From the IMG/VR virus record IMGVR_UViG_3300028844_003294, positions 1 through 64,000 of that record: a stretch of DNA of 64,000 bases. One strand, 5' to 3'. This DNA comes from a virus. A program made the translations under genes and the position numbers. A model generated the notes under the pieces. That model saw nothing but the letters and a program-made list of their open reading frames with translations. It did no database searches and had not been told where the DNA came from. Of this stretch, positions 48,778 through 57,915 are shown piece by piece. The stretch's first letter is position 1, and every line of letters starts with the position of its first letter.

Positions 48778-49508
48778 TAAATAAATCCTTGATTGTACTG
48801 CTTGCCGCTTGTAAATGCATTAAGATCAAACCTTTTTCTTGTTTTTCTGTATGTGTACTGTGGTGCTAATTCAATCATAACACTTGTTTCGGTTGGCATC
48901 ATAGTAGTTGTGCCTTTAAATTTTACTGGAACATAATCAACATCTGCTGGTAATTGGAAGTTGTAGTTTCTAATAATTACTGGCAATTTGTTAAATCCAA
49001 ATTCTCCTAGGTATTCAAATAATAATACTGGAGGTGGTGTTCCGTAGTATCCACCTGTTACAGCCGCATCACCGTAATATGCTTTAGTTACACTTCTTAA
49101 GAAATGAAATACTGCTAACATATATTGTCCTTCTTCTATTGTGTTTGCTGTAAACGTACCTGTGATAGGTAGTGTAGTTGGTCTAGAACTTATAAATGTA
49201 TAAAACGGATAGTTTGAACCGTGTTGTTGTGCTTCGTTATAATCTACTGAGGCTTGCAAAAATATATCTGGTGTAAACGGATAGACTATACCACCTCTAT
49301 CTTGTAAAGGTTTAAGTATGCTGTCTTTTTGTTCTTCGCCTTTTGAATCTACTAATCCATAGGCAAACTTCTCACCGCCACGTTTTGGCCGTATTCTTGC
49401 CCTCCAATCTACGTCTTTAAACGTAGTAGAGTCTGTTCTGCTTATCAACGAGTCAAACGGATTGTCCGGTGTTTGCGTCTCTTGATTAAATTCTGTTTCG
49501 CCTGCCAT
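48777..49508 (-). CDS. Baseplate/tail tube initiator (gp48/gp54-like)
   Basis: PFTP.I...Y...H.NY, G.PPPV, PVII motifs; GGAG RBS. Confidence 0.6.
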   Translation of the reverse strand: MAGETEFNQETQTPDNPFDSLISRTDSTTFKDVDWRARIRPKRGGEKFAYGLVDSKGEEQKDSILKPLQDRGGIVYPFTPDIFLQASVDYNEAQQHGSNYPFYTFISSRPTTLPITGTFTANTIEEGQYMLAVFHFLRSVTKAYYGDAAVTGGYYGTPPPVLLFEYLGEFGFNKLPVIIRNYNFQLPADVDYVPVKFKGTTTMMPTETSVMIELAPQYTYRKTRKRFDLNAFTSGKQYNQGFI

Positions 49509-49524
49509 AATTGCTCCTGTGTTA

Positions 49525-49542
49525 TATTTATCACGATAAATA
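49525..49542. promoter_or_regulatory. Inverted pair of GATAAATA boxes
   Basis: TATTTATC-AC-GATAAATA in the divergent intergenic region. Confidence 0.6.
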
Positions 49543-49571
49543 ATAACGAGTTTTAATTTTTAAAAAAAACG

Positions 49572-49600
49572 TTGACTTTTGCAAAATAATGTATTATAAT
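49572..49600 (+). promoter_or_regulatory. Sigma70-type promoter
   Basis: TTGACT-17 nt-TATAAT with an A-tract upstream; AAGGAG RBS follows. Confidence 0.8.
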
Positions 49601-49623
49601 GCGTTATCAGTAAAGGAGATTAC

Positions 49624-50490
49624 ATGGTACAGGCTAAGAAACAGAATTATTTAAACAATAAAGATCTACTAAAAGAAATACATAAAAGTAAGATGACTTA
49701 TTGCTACATTCAAGATGACAGATACTTAAATGTAGACATCATTGTTGATGATGTTAAAAAAATCAACAAAGCAACAATTAAACAGGCACAATTAAACCGT
49801 GTTTCTAAAATGCAATCAACTGCTTATCAAGAAGCAGTAGCAAAAGGAGACTGGGAGAAAAAGCCAAAACAAAAGGACTTTGCAGTTGATCCTGACACTA
49901 TTCCTGTAGACGAATTAGTGTTTAGGGTAATGACATATGAGCATATTCCTGATGAACCTGGAAGAAAGAAAACTACTAAAACTCTTGCTGACACAAAAGC
50001 AAAAGTAAACTTCCCACCATTCAAGCACTATATACTTGATAGTAATGGTATCAATCCTAGGGAAGTTGCTAGAAGTCATTGGGAAGGTAGTTTAAGTAAC
50101 GGTCAGTTTAATTGTGAACATGGACAGATTACAAATGAACTTGGCAGAATGTTTATGAAACTTGTTGAACGTTACAGTCAAAGAGGTAACTGGAGAGGTT
50201 ACACTTATGTTGATGAAATGCGTGGACAAGCATTAGTACAACTTGCTCAGGTTGGATTGCAGTTCAATGAAGCAAAATCAGATAACCCATTTGCTTATTA
50301 TACTGCAACAGTGAATAACAGTTTTACAAGAGTTCTAAATTTAGAAAAAAGAAATCAATCAATACGTGATGACATTCTTATTGAAAGCGGACACTTACCA
50401 AGTTATGGTAGACAGATTCAGTACGAAAACGAAATAAAGGCCGCTAGAGAAGAAGCACAGACCGAACTAGAAACTTCACCACAAGAGTAA
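49624..50490 (+). CDS. Late transcription sigma factor (T4 gp55-like)
   Basis: NYLNNKDLL, NWRGYTY.DEM, F...KS.NPFAYYT; gp55-gp47-gp46 order as in T4-like phages. Confidence 0.8.
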   Translation: MVQAKKQNYLNNKDLLKEIHKSKMTYCYIQDDRYLNVDIIVDDVKKINKATIKQAQLNRVSKMQSTAYQEAVAKGDWEKKPKQKDFAVDPDTIPVDELVFRVMTYEHIPDEPGRKKTTKTLADTKAKVNFPPFKHYILDSNGINPREVARSHWEGSLSNGQFNCEHGQITNELGRMFMKLVERYSQRGNWRGYTYVDEMRGQALVQLAQVGLQFNEAKSDNPFAYYTATVNNSFTRVLNLEKRNQSIRDDILIESGHLPSYGRQIQYENEIKAAREEAQTELETSPQE

Positions 50491-50496
50491 TCTTAT

Positions 50497-51513
50497 ATGG
50501 CAAACCTTTTTGAAAGGGCCGCATGTTTTACAGATATACATTACGGCTTAAAACAAAATAGTAGACAACATTTAAAAGATTGTCATGACTTTGTTGATTG
50601 GTTTATTGCAGAAGCAAAAGCCAGAGACGCAGAGACATGTATCTTTTTGGGCGACTGGCACCACCATAGAGCAAGTATAAACATTGCTACAATGAATGCC
50701 ACAATTAAAGACCTTAAAAAATTAAATGACAATTTTGAAAAAGTCTATTTTATTACTGGCAACCATGATTTATATTACAGAGAAAAACGTGACTTAAACA
50801 GTATTGAGTTTGCTAGAGATTTACCAAACTTTATAATGATCGACGAGCATTTCTGTGAGGACGGTGTTGCAATTATACCATGGTTAGTTGGCGATGAGCA
50901 CAAACAACTAAACAAACTAGATTGCAAATACATGTTTGGACATTTCGAGTTACCGTACTTTAAAATGAATGCAATGGTAGAAATGCCAGATCATGGTGGT
51001 ATTACTGCAAACGATTTAAGTAACCCCGAATATGTGTTTAGTGGTCACTTTCATAAACGTCAATACAAAAACAATATACATTATATAGGCAATGCTTTCC
51101 CACATAACTATGCAGATGCTGGTGACAATGAACGTGGTGCTATGTTTTTAGATTGGGGTGGCGAACCTGTATATGTAAATTGGCAAGAATGTCCAAAGTA
51201 TGTCATGACAGGTCTTAAAGAGTTACTTGATAAAGCAGATGATATACTTGATGCTCAAACACATGCTAGAGTAAAACTTGATATTGGTATTAGTTACGAA
51301 GAAGCAAACTTTATTAGAGAAACATTTGCAGAAAAATACGGAGTAAGAGAACTACAACTTTTACCTGTTAAGGAAGAAGAAGAAATTTTTGACGGTGTTG
51401 ATATACAGTTTGAAAGTGTAGATCAAATTGTTATACAACAATTAGAAACAATCGAAAGCAACTTAGTTGATACCCAAAAACTTATTACTATTTACAGAGA
51501 GTTAGAAGTATAA
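50497..51513 (+). CDS. Recombination nuclease subunit (gp47/Mre11/SbcD-like)
   Basis: Metallophosphoesterase motifs DIH, GD, GNHD, GHFE, SGHFH. Confidence 0.93.
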   Translation: MANLFERAACFTDIHYGLKQNSRQHLKDCHDFVDWFIAEAKARDAETCIFLGDWHHHRASINIATMNATIKDLKKLNDNFEKVYFITGNHDLYYREKRDLNSIEFARDLPNFIMIDEHFCEDGVAIIPWLVGDEHKQLNKLDCKYMFGHFELPYFKMNAMVEMPDHGGITANDLSNPEYVFSGHFHKRQYKNNIHYIGNAFPHNYADAGDNERGAMFLDWGGEPVYVNWQECPKYVMTGLKELLDKADDILDAQTHARVKLDIGISYEEANFIRETFAEKYGVRELQLLPVKEEEEIFDGVDIQFESVDQIVIQQLETIESNLVDTQKLITIYRELEV

Positions 51514-53285
51514 TGCTTACTATAAAAAATGTGAGTGCAAAGAACTTTATGAGTATTGGTAACAATACTCAAGCAGTAAACTTTGACACAGAATCACTAA
51601 CATTGGTTTTAGGTCACAATCTAGATCTAGGTGGAGACGGTAGCAGAAATGGTACTGGTAAAACCACTATTATCAATGCACTCAGTTATGCATTATATGG
51701 TGATGCACTAACAAACATTCGTAAAGATAATCTCATAAACAAAACAAACGGCAAAGGCATGATTGTTACTGTTGATTTTGAAATCAACGGCACCGAGTAC
51801 AGAATTGAAAGAGGTCGTAGGCCAAATGTATTAAAGTTTTTTGTGAATGGGTCTGAGGCGGCCGATGATGAACAACAGGGTGATAGCAGAGAAACACAAA
51901 AAGACATTGAAAAAATAATTGGTTTCCCTCATAATATGTTTAAGCATTTAATTGCACTAAACACATATACCGAACCTTTCCTCAGCATGAAAACAAATGA
52001 TCAACGTGATATGATTGAGCAGTTGCTAGGAATTACTGAAATTAGTTCAAAAGCAGAAATACTAAAAGAAAAATTAAAGGAAACTCGAGATAGAATTAAA
52101 GAAGAAGAGTTGCGAATACAAGCAGTAAACAATGCCAACGAACGTATTGAAAAAAATATAAAGGACATTGAATTACGTGGTAGAGCATGGGCTAAGAACA
52201 AAGAAGACAAGGTTCAACAATTACAAACTAGTCTAGATGCATTACAACAAACTGATATCGATGCAGAATTAGAAAACCATAGACAAGCAACAGAAATAAA
52301 TCAAAAATATACACAAATACAGAGTGTACAAAATGAGGTTAAACAACTTACAACTAGTTTAAAACGCAATGAAGGTAACCTTGCAACACTTGTTAAAAAT
52401 ATTAAACTTGCTAAAGAAGGTATATGTCCTGCGTGTGAACAAAGTACAGCACATTTAGATACGCACGAAGAATACACAACGGATTTAGAAACTAAACTAG
52501 CAGAAGAAAACTCTTACAGCAAAGAGCTACAAACTAAATTATCAACATGTGAAAAGCAATTGATTGACTTAGGCGAGTTACCAGAAACACCAATTACATT
52601 TTATAACAACATGGAAGATGCATTACAACACATGCATAACGTTGAGACAATAAAATCTCAAATAGATGAAAAAATTAAAGAACAAAACCCATACACTGAA
52701 CAAGTTGAACAACTAAAAGAAAATGGTATGGAAGAAATTAGTTACGACTTAATAAACGAACAAACTTATTTAAAAGAACACCAAGAATTTTTACACAAAT
52801 TGTTGACCAGTAAAGATAGTTTTATTCGTAAGAAAATTATTGATCAGAACTTGCAGTATCTAAACTATAGGCTAGGACACTATTTAGACAAACTAGGCTT
52901 ACCACATGATGTTAAGTTTAGCAGTGATCTGAGTGTAGAAATTACAGAGTATGGCAGAGATTTAGACTTTGATAATTTAAGCAGAGGTGAACGTAACAGA
53001 CTTATATTAGGTATGAGTTGGGCGTTCAGAGATATCTACGAAAGCCTAAATAGACCAATGAATTTGATGTGTATAGATGAACTGGTAGACAGTGGCATGG
53101 ATACCACTGGTGTTGAAAATGCATTGGCAGTTCTTAAGAAGATGGGTCGAGAAGCAAATAAGAACGTCTTCCTTATATCACATAAGGAAGAACTGCAAGG
53201 TCGTGTAAATAACGTCTTGTATGTAATCAAAGAAGGAGGATTCACTAGTTATAGCAATGACATTGAAATCCTCGAAGAGACTTAA
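51513..53285 (+). CDS. Recombination ATPase subunit (gp46/Rad50/SbcC-like)
   Basis: Walker A NGTGKT, coiled coil with CPAC zinc hook, LSRGE signature, IDE Walker B, ISH. Confidence 0.95.
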   Translation: MLTIKNVSAKNFMSIGNNTQAVNFDTESLTLVLGHNLDLGGDGSRNGTGKTTIINALSYALYGDALTNIRKDNLINKTNGKGMIVTVDFEINGTEYRIERGRRPNVLKFFVNGSEAADDEQQGDSRETQKDIEKIIGFPHNMFKHLIALNTYTEPFLSMKTNDQRDMIEQLLGITEISSKAEILKEKLKETRDRIKEEELRIQAVNNANERIEKNIKDIELRGRAWAKNKEDKVQQLQTSLDALQQTDIDAELENHRQATEINQKYTQIQSVQNEVKQLTTSLKRNEGNLATLVKNIKLAKEGICPACEQSTAHLDTHEEYTTDLETKLAEENSYSKELQTKLSTCEKQLIDLGELPETPITFYNNMEDALQHMHNVETIKSQIDEKIKEQNPYTEQVEQLKENGMEEISYDLINEQTYLKEHQEFLHKLLTSKDSFIRKKIIDQNLQYLNYRLGHYLDKLGLPHDVKFSSDLSVEITEYGRDLDFDNLSRGERNRLILGMSWAFRDIYESLNRPMNLMCIDELVDSGMDTTGVENALAVLKKMGREANKNVFLISHKEELQGRVNNVLYVIKEGGFTSYSNDIEILEET

Positions 53286-53710
53286 TGAGTGCATGGTACT
53301 ATAAAGGACAAGTAGTAGACGAATTACCCGAAGGTTGTGAAGCCATTGTTTATCTTATAACCAATAATACAAATGGTAAGAAATATGTTGGTAAAAAATT
53401 AGCAAAGTTCAAAACAACTAAACCTCCCTTAAAAGGAAAAAAGAATAAACGTAGAGGCACTAAAGAAAGTGACTGGCGTACTTATTGGGGTAGTTCTGAT
53501 AATTTAAAAGAAGACGTAGAAAAATTAGGTGAAGATAAATTTACCCGTGAAATACTTTACTATTGTCCTAGTAGAGGAGTTGCTAGTTACATAGAGGCAA
53601 GAGAACAGTTCGAAAGAAAGGTTTTAGAATCAGACGATTATTACAATGGAATTATCAATGTTCGAATAGGCGGTTCAAAAATTTTGCGAGAATCTCTTAA
53701 AGAGTTATAA
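53285..53710 (+). CDS. Short GIY-YIG family nuclease (Seg-like)
   Basis: IVYLITN..NGKKYVG, YWGSS, F.REIL, E and YYN motifs; catalytic domain only, 141 aa. Confidence 0.8.
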   Translation: MSAWYYKGQVVDELPEGCEAIVYLITNNTNGKKYVGKKLAKFKTTKPPLKGKKNKRRGTKESDWRTYWGSSDNLKEDVEKLGEDKFTREILYYCPSRGVASYIEAREQFERKVLESDDYYNGIINVRIGGSKILRESLKEL

Positions 53711-54120
53711 GTATCAGTCAAGGCACATTACAGACACCCAGTCAGACTAACATAGGCACACACATAGGTCCATACACCACCCCATCGAGGCACATAATAT
53801 CGATTTCCTTGACAATCCGTTAAACACGGTGCGAGATTCTGGAATGTATGGCGTAAATGAGATACATACACACGACAACAGTATTAGATGATGCAGGCAA
53901 TGAAAAACAGCAACCTGCAAATTTGTATAACTGAACTCTACAAGGTTATACAGGTTTCCGTAAGTGCGAAAGCAGTGACGGTAGTGTAGGGGAGATAAGG
54001 CTTACCACTTCCCGTTTAAACACCCGAGTTAGAGATGGCGATGCTCATCATGATGACATCATTTTATTCACCCGGCAACGGGTGAATTATGGCTTAACTT
54101 TCATGATAACCTTTAATAAT
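53711..54120 (+). ncRNA. Putative large structured non-coding RNA (family unknown)
   Basis: No ORF in the track. About 44% GC by hand count over 53761-54060. At least 7 stems, including GAAA and GCAA tetraloops that read as GNRA on the plus strand. Boundaries approximate. Confidence 0.6.
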
Positions 54121-54193
54121 AAAAATTCTTCTAACAAAAACTGATATGAACGAAGTGAATGAAGTTTGCAGTTGGAAAGATACGAAGTATCTA

Positions 54194-54712
54194 TTAGAAA
54201 GACTGTAAATAAGTTATAGTGTCAGAATAACTTTTTCTTAAGTTTAAACTGAATAATTTAGTTAGTTCATTTATATTACTATGATCACAACCATGTTTTT
54301 TAGTAACATCTAAAATCATTATTTGTTGAGGGTTTATATATTTGTTATGTGAGGGATCTTCATGAGTTATGTATACAGGAAAATCATTTAGATTAAACAA
54401 CACATTACATTTTCTAGTAAATGGGTTTCTCCAACCTGTTAAAAAATCTTCATGAAGTTGTACTATTTGATTAGGATTTACATTTTCAAATCCTGCACTA
54501 TGTTCGGGTAATACTTCTATAGGACTTACTGCAAGTTTTATTTTATCTGCACAATTTAAATCTTTAACCATTAAAATATCTTGCGTCATGTCAGGCGTGT
54601 CTGCTCTATGCATAAAATACTTTTTATCATCTGGTATAGTAGTAGATATTTCTTCTTCTAAAGACAATAACAAATCTACATCATAATCAAAATTTAATAC
54701 AGTACTAAACAT
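54194..54712 (-). CDS. 2OG-Fe(II) oxygenase/cupin-like protein
   Basis: HED (HxD) plus distal KHG; paralogue of the next gene. Confidence 0.55.
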   Translation of the reverse strand: MFSTVLNFDYDVDLLLSLEEEISTTIPDDKKYFMHRADTPDMTQDILMVKDLNCADKIKLAVSPIEVLPEHSAGFENVNPNQIVQLHEDFLTGWRNPFTRKCNVLFNLNDFPVYITHEDPSHNKYINPQQIMILDVTKKHGCDHSNINELTKLFSLNLRKSYSDTITYLQSF

Positions 54713-55151
54713 TAAACAACTCCTTTGTTTTATCGTAATTAAGTTTTGTATTAAGTGTTAAAAATTTGTAATCATAATCATGTCCATTTGTAGAGCCATG
54801 CATTTTTTGTGTGTTTATTAAAAACATCTCGCCAGGTGCAAATGTGTGTTTTTTAGATTCACCGTTATTGCTGTGAAAAATTACAGCATCGGATTCTGAC
54901 ACATTTATTAGTAAATTAGATTTTCTTATGTGATCAGTGTGTGGATCAAGTGTGCTGTTTGCTGGTATAGTTTCTGCACCAATAAGATAATCGTCGTCTA
55001 GATTAAATTCTTCGACAAATTCTTGTGGTAATATATCCTTTAATCTACCAACAGGAAAAACACACTGAACTATGTTATTATATTCAAATTCCCAACGTCC
55101 GTGACCTTGTAATTGCTGTAGGTTAGTAAAAATATCCTTGTACATTTGCAT
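54705..55151 (-). CDS. 2OG-Fe(II) oxygenase/cupin-like protein (AspH-like)
   Basis: L.PHTD...GE..LINT.KMHGS.N. Confidence 0.65.
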   Translation of the reverse strand: MQMYKDIFTNLQQLQGHGRWEFEYNNIVQCVFPVGRLKDILPQEFVEEFNLDDDYLIGAETIPANSTLDPHTDHIRKSNLLINVSESDAVIFHSNNGESKKHTFAPGEMFLINTQKMHGSTNGHDYDYKFLTLNTKLNYDKTKELFNV

Positions 55152-55191
55152 ATATTTATGGTAAAAATTGCCACTTTTCTTGGTAAAATGG

Positions 55192-55219
55192 TTGACTTTT
55201 CACACTATTTTAGTATAAT
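55192..55219 (+). promoter_or_regulatory. Sigma70-type promoter
   Basis: TTGACT-16 nt-TATAAT; AGGAG RBS downstream. Confidence 0.7.
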
Positions 55220-55247
55220 AGTATGTATTGTTAGGAGTAACAGAAAC

Positions 55248-55556
55248 ATGAAAATAACGGTATTACAAGAAGTAACAGATTGGCCTTATAAGGGTGTGTA
55301 TCACGTGAATGGCTCTAACGAGTTAGTGGCATATCAAGCCAGTTTAAAGGCACCAGAAAAGGTGTTTAAGAACCCAATTAAGCAATTTTCTAAATCTCAT
55401 AGAAAGTTTGAAACTATTAGACAGTATGAGATAGAAAACAATGACCCTAATGTAATTGAGGTTATTGGATCAAATGGCAATGTTTACACTATCAGAGATG
55501 GTAAGTGTAGTTGCCCAGGTTACACATACAGAGGAAACTGTAAACATGTTAAATAA
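55248..55556 (+). CDS. SWIM zinc-finger protein
   Basis: C-terminal GS.G..Y....CSCPG..YRG.CKH; start moved to MKITVLQE. Confidence 0.75.
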   Translation: MKITVLQEVTDWPYKGVYHVNGSNELVAYQASLKAPEKVFKNPIKQFSKSHRKFETIRQYEIENNDPNVIEVIGSNGNVYTIRDGKCSCPGYTYRGNCKHVK

Positions 55557-57915
55557 AATTGTAAAAAATGTTTTGGATTTTGGCGTAATTATTGCAATAG
55601 GTATTGTACTTACATCTTGTGCTAGTGGAGGAGGTAGTGCCGGTGTTGCCATTGAACCTTCTTACACACCACCCCCAACAACAACCACTACCCCAGATGA
55701 TAAAAGACATCAGTTTGAATCATTTTCTGATACATTTACACAATCAGCAAGTTCACTAGGTTACAACAAAGTAACTTATCAAGTAGGTGAGTTTAACGAT
55801 ACACAATGGGTAAATGGAAAATATACTGTAGAAGATTTTTCATTTTTACAAGTTGTTATAGATGGTAATCATCCTGGTAAAGATTTAAACAATCCTGACA
55901 GTGATGAGTATTCTGCAGGTGGTAATTGGATGACCAATGCCAGTTTAGTCATTGAAAATGATGTCAATCTAGATGGTAATAGTGACTTTATTATTTACAT
56001 GCAAACATTTGGTGACAGGAACACATTACCAGGTATGAGAATGTTGCAATTTGTAAATGATGGCAATGGACATTTTCAATTAGATTGTAGTGTTTTTGAA
56101 AACAATGTTTGTCCTATTGTGTTTGGCCAAGGTTCTACTATGAACAATATGGGTTGGTACCACAATGAAGATGCTCCTGTACAAGATTATAACTCAGGTG
56201 TTGCTCATCAATATGATTTGAATGGTGATGGTAACAAAGACATTTTTAATGTCAGTCAGTTATGGCTAACAGACAATGGTAAATTTGTTGATGCACACGA
56301 TAACCTACCTGACTTTATGTTTGAAAACCTAAATGCCGACGGTGTTGATGTTGGTATTTTTGTTCATGACCATGCAGTAGGTGATTTAAATGGTGACGGT
56401 TACAATGATATATTCATGCCTAACACTACACCTATAAGCACACACAACAACGGCTACAAGTTTTTTATGCTAAACGATGGCACAGGTAACTTTAAAGATG
56501 TTAGTTTTAAAGTAGGGCATTCAGCCTACTTTGCTACATCTACAACTATTGCAGATTTTGACAACGATGGATTTGGTGATATTGCATTAGGTTGGAGTGC
56601 TTCTGCTTATAGAGACTTAGGCGGTAATAGTGTTGGTGGGATATATTGGGGCAATACTGATATGGATTACACCAGAGACTATACAGCATTACCTCCGGGT
56701 TATTATGAGAATAATATTGCATATGATATGCAAGTGATAGACTCAAATAATGACGGACTGTTAGACATTGTTATTGCTAACACAAATGCTGACCCTTATT
56801 ATCAAGGTCATGTTTTACAATTGATAATCAATAATGGAAACAGAGATTTTAGTCAATTTTCATTTTTGGACGACGGTGCTACTACAAGTGATTTAGGTGC
56901 AGGACATATTTATGTTTTAGATTTCGACCATGATGGAGATATGGATATTTTTGTAGGTCCTGGACAAGACTCTTATGTACTTTACAATAACGATGGCGAC
57001 TGGAGTTGTAAAAATTGTGAATTTGCCAGACCTGATAATGGTGCAGTAATGAGTTTGTTATTTCCTGTAGAAGTTGATGGCATGTATGAGTACGACTTTA
57101 TTGGCATTGATATTATGAACATGAGTGATACACAGACTGTGAGTAACTTTTACATTAGTTTAGATCCTCCAGCACAATTACAAGAAATGCGTAATGAACT
57201 GTTTGACAAATCCATCGATTATGCCAAGGCAGTTTTTAATAACAAAACTATGTTTCATAATATTAAAAATACTTCATTGTCAAATAGTGTATTTTATGTA
57301 GACAATACACATAATAGTATTGCAGGTTATTCACATAACTTTGACAACTTTGGTATTACACTTGGTCAAACCAATGAAGGCGGATTGTTTTATGTAGATA
57401 GACAGCACGGTACATACCATTATGGTATTGGTTACTTTACTAACAGCATTGATGCACTCAGTTTTGGTAATTGGTATGGCACTGGTTCTGCTGTATTAGA
57501 TTTTGACACATTTAATGCGTATGCAGAAAAGTTTTTACCTTTGTCAACAAATATATTTGTAACTTCAGGTGTAGCATTATATCAGACAGACGTAGCAGGT
57601 TTTGTAGAAGAAAATAGTCAATACAATATTACTGTACAAGATTTTACCATGAATGATTTAGAGATGTACACAGACATTACTGCTGTTTTACCTTCTCAAT
57701 ACGGTACTACTTTGCTTAGTGCAGGAGTAAGTTCTCATTACAGTTTAGGTACAACTGACATTACTTGGGATGGTGGCTTGGTATCTAAATTCAAGCAAGA
57801 CGATCAAGTTGCTAGAGCAACAATCAGTCATACTTATAAAATGTTTTATGCTAAAGCAACGTTTAGCTCTGTGGATAGCGATACATTTGAAGTAGGATTT
57901 AACTTACAGTTTTAA
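55546..57915 (+). CDS. Lipoprotein with FG-GAP/VCBS repeats and probable C-terminal outer-membrane barrel
   Basis: Signal peptide with lipobox LTSC; Pro/Thr linker; repeats DVNLDGNSD, DLNGDGNKD, DLNGDGYND, DFDNDGFGD, DSNNDGLLD, DFDHDGDMD; ends in EVGFNLQF. Confidence 0.75.
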   Translation: MLNKIVKNVLDFGVIIAIGIVLTSCASGGGSAGVAIEPSYTPPPTTTTTPDDKRHQFESFSDTFTQSASSLGYNKVTYQVGEFNDTQWVNGKYTVEDFSFLQVVIDGNHPGKDLNNPDSDEYSAGGNWMTNASLVIENDVNLDGNSDFIIYMQTFGDRNTLPGMRMLQFVNDGNGHFQLDCSVFENNVCPIVFGQGSTMNNMGWYHNEDAPVQDYNSGVAHQYDLNGDGNKDIFNVSQLWLTDNGKFVDAHDNLPDFMFENLNADGVDVGIFVHDHAVGDLNGDGYNDIFMPNTTPISTHNNGYKFFMLNDGTGNFKDVSFKVGHSAYFATSTTIADFDNDGFGDIALGWSASAYRDLGGNSVGGIYWGNTDMDYTRDYTALPPGYYENNIAYDMQVIDSNNDGLLDIVIANTNADPYYQGHVLQLIINNGNRDFSQFSFLDDGATTSDLGAGHIYVLDFDHDGDMDIFVGPGQDSYVLYNNDGDWSCKNCEFARPDNGAVMSLLFPVEVDGMYEYDFIGIDIMNMSDTQTVSNFYISLDPPAQLQEMRNELFDKSIDYAKAVFNNKTMFHNIKNTSLSNSVFYVDNTHNSIAGYSHNFDNFGITLGQTNEGGLFYVDRQHGTYHYGIGYFTNSIDALSFGNWYGTGSAVLDFDTFNAYAEKFLPLSTNIFVTSGVALYQTDVAGFVEENSQYNITVQDFTMNDLEMYTDITAVLPSQYGTTLLSAGVSSHYSLGTTDITWDGGLVSKFKQDDQVARATISHTYKMFYAKATFSSVDSDTFEVGFNLQF

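Noticed and set aside
53721-53795. CRISPR array
   Set aside because: Repeats are only 7 nt, there are three copies, and no cas genes are present.
53809-53837. Perfect TTGACA as a sigma70 promoter
   Set aside because: No -10 box at 16-18 nt spacing; the bases are better explained as one strand of the GTCAAGG/CCTTGAC helix.
53711-54120. Group II intron (GTGCG at 53829; CCGT..GAAA..ACGG hairpin resembling domain V) or group I intron next to a GIY-YIG gene
   Set aside because: No AGC/CGC catalytic triad at the base of the hairpin, no recognisable group I P7 elements, and no interrupted exons on either side. Kept only as an unknown structured element.
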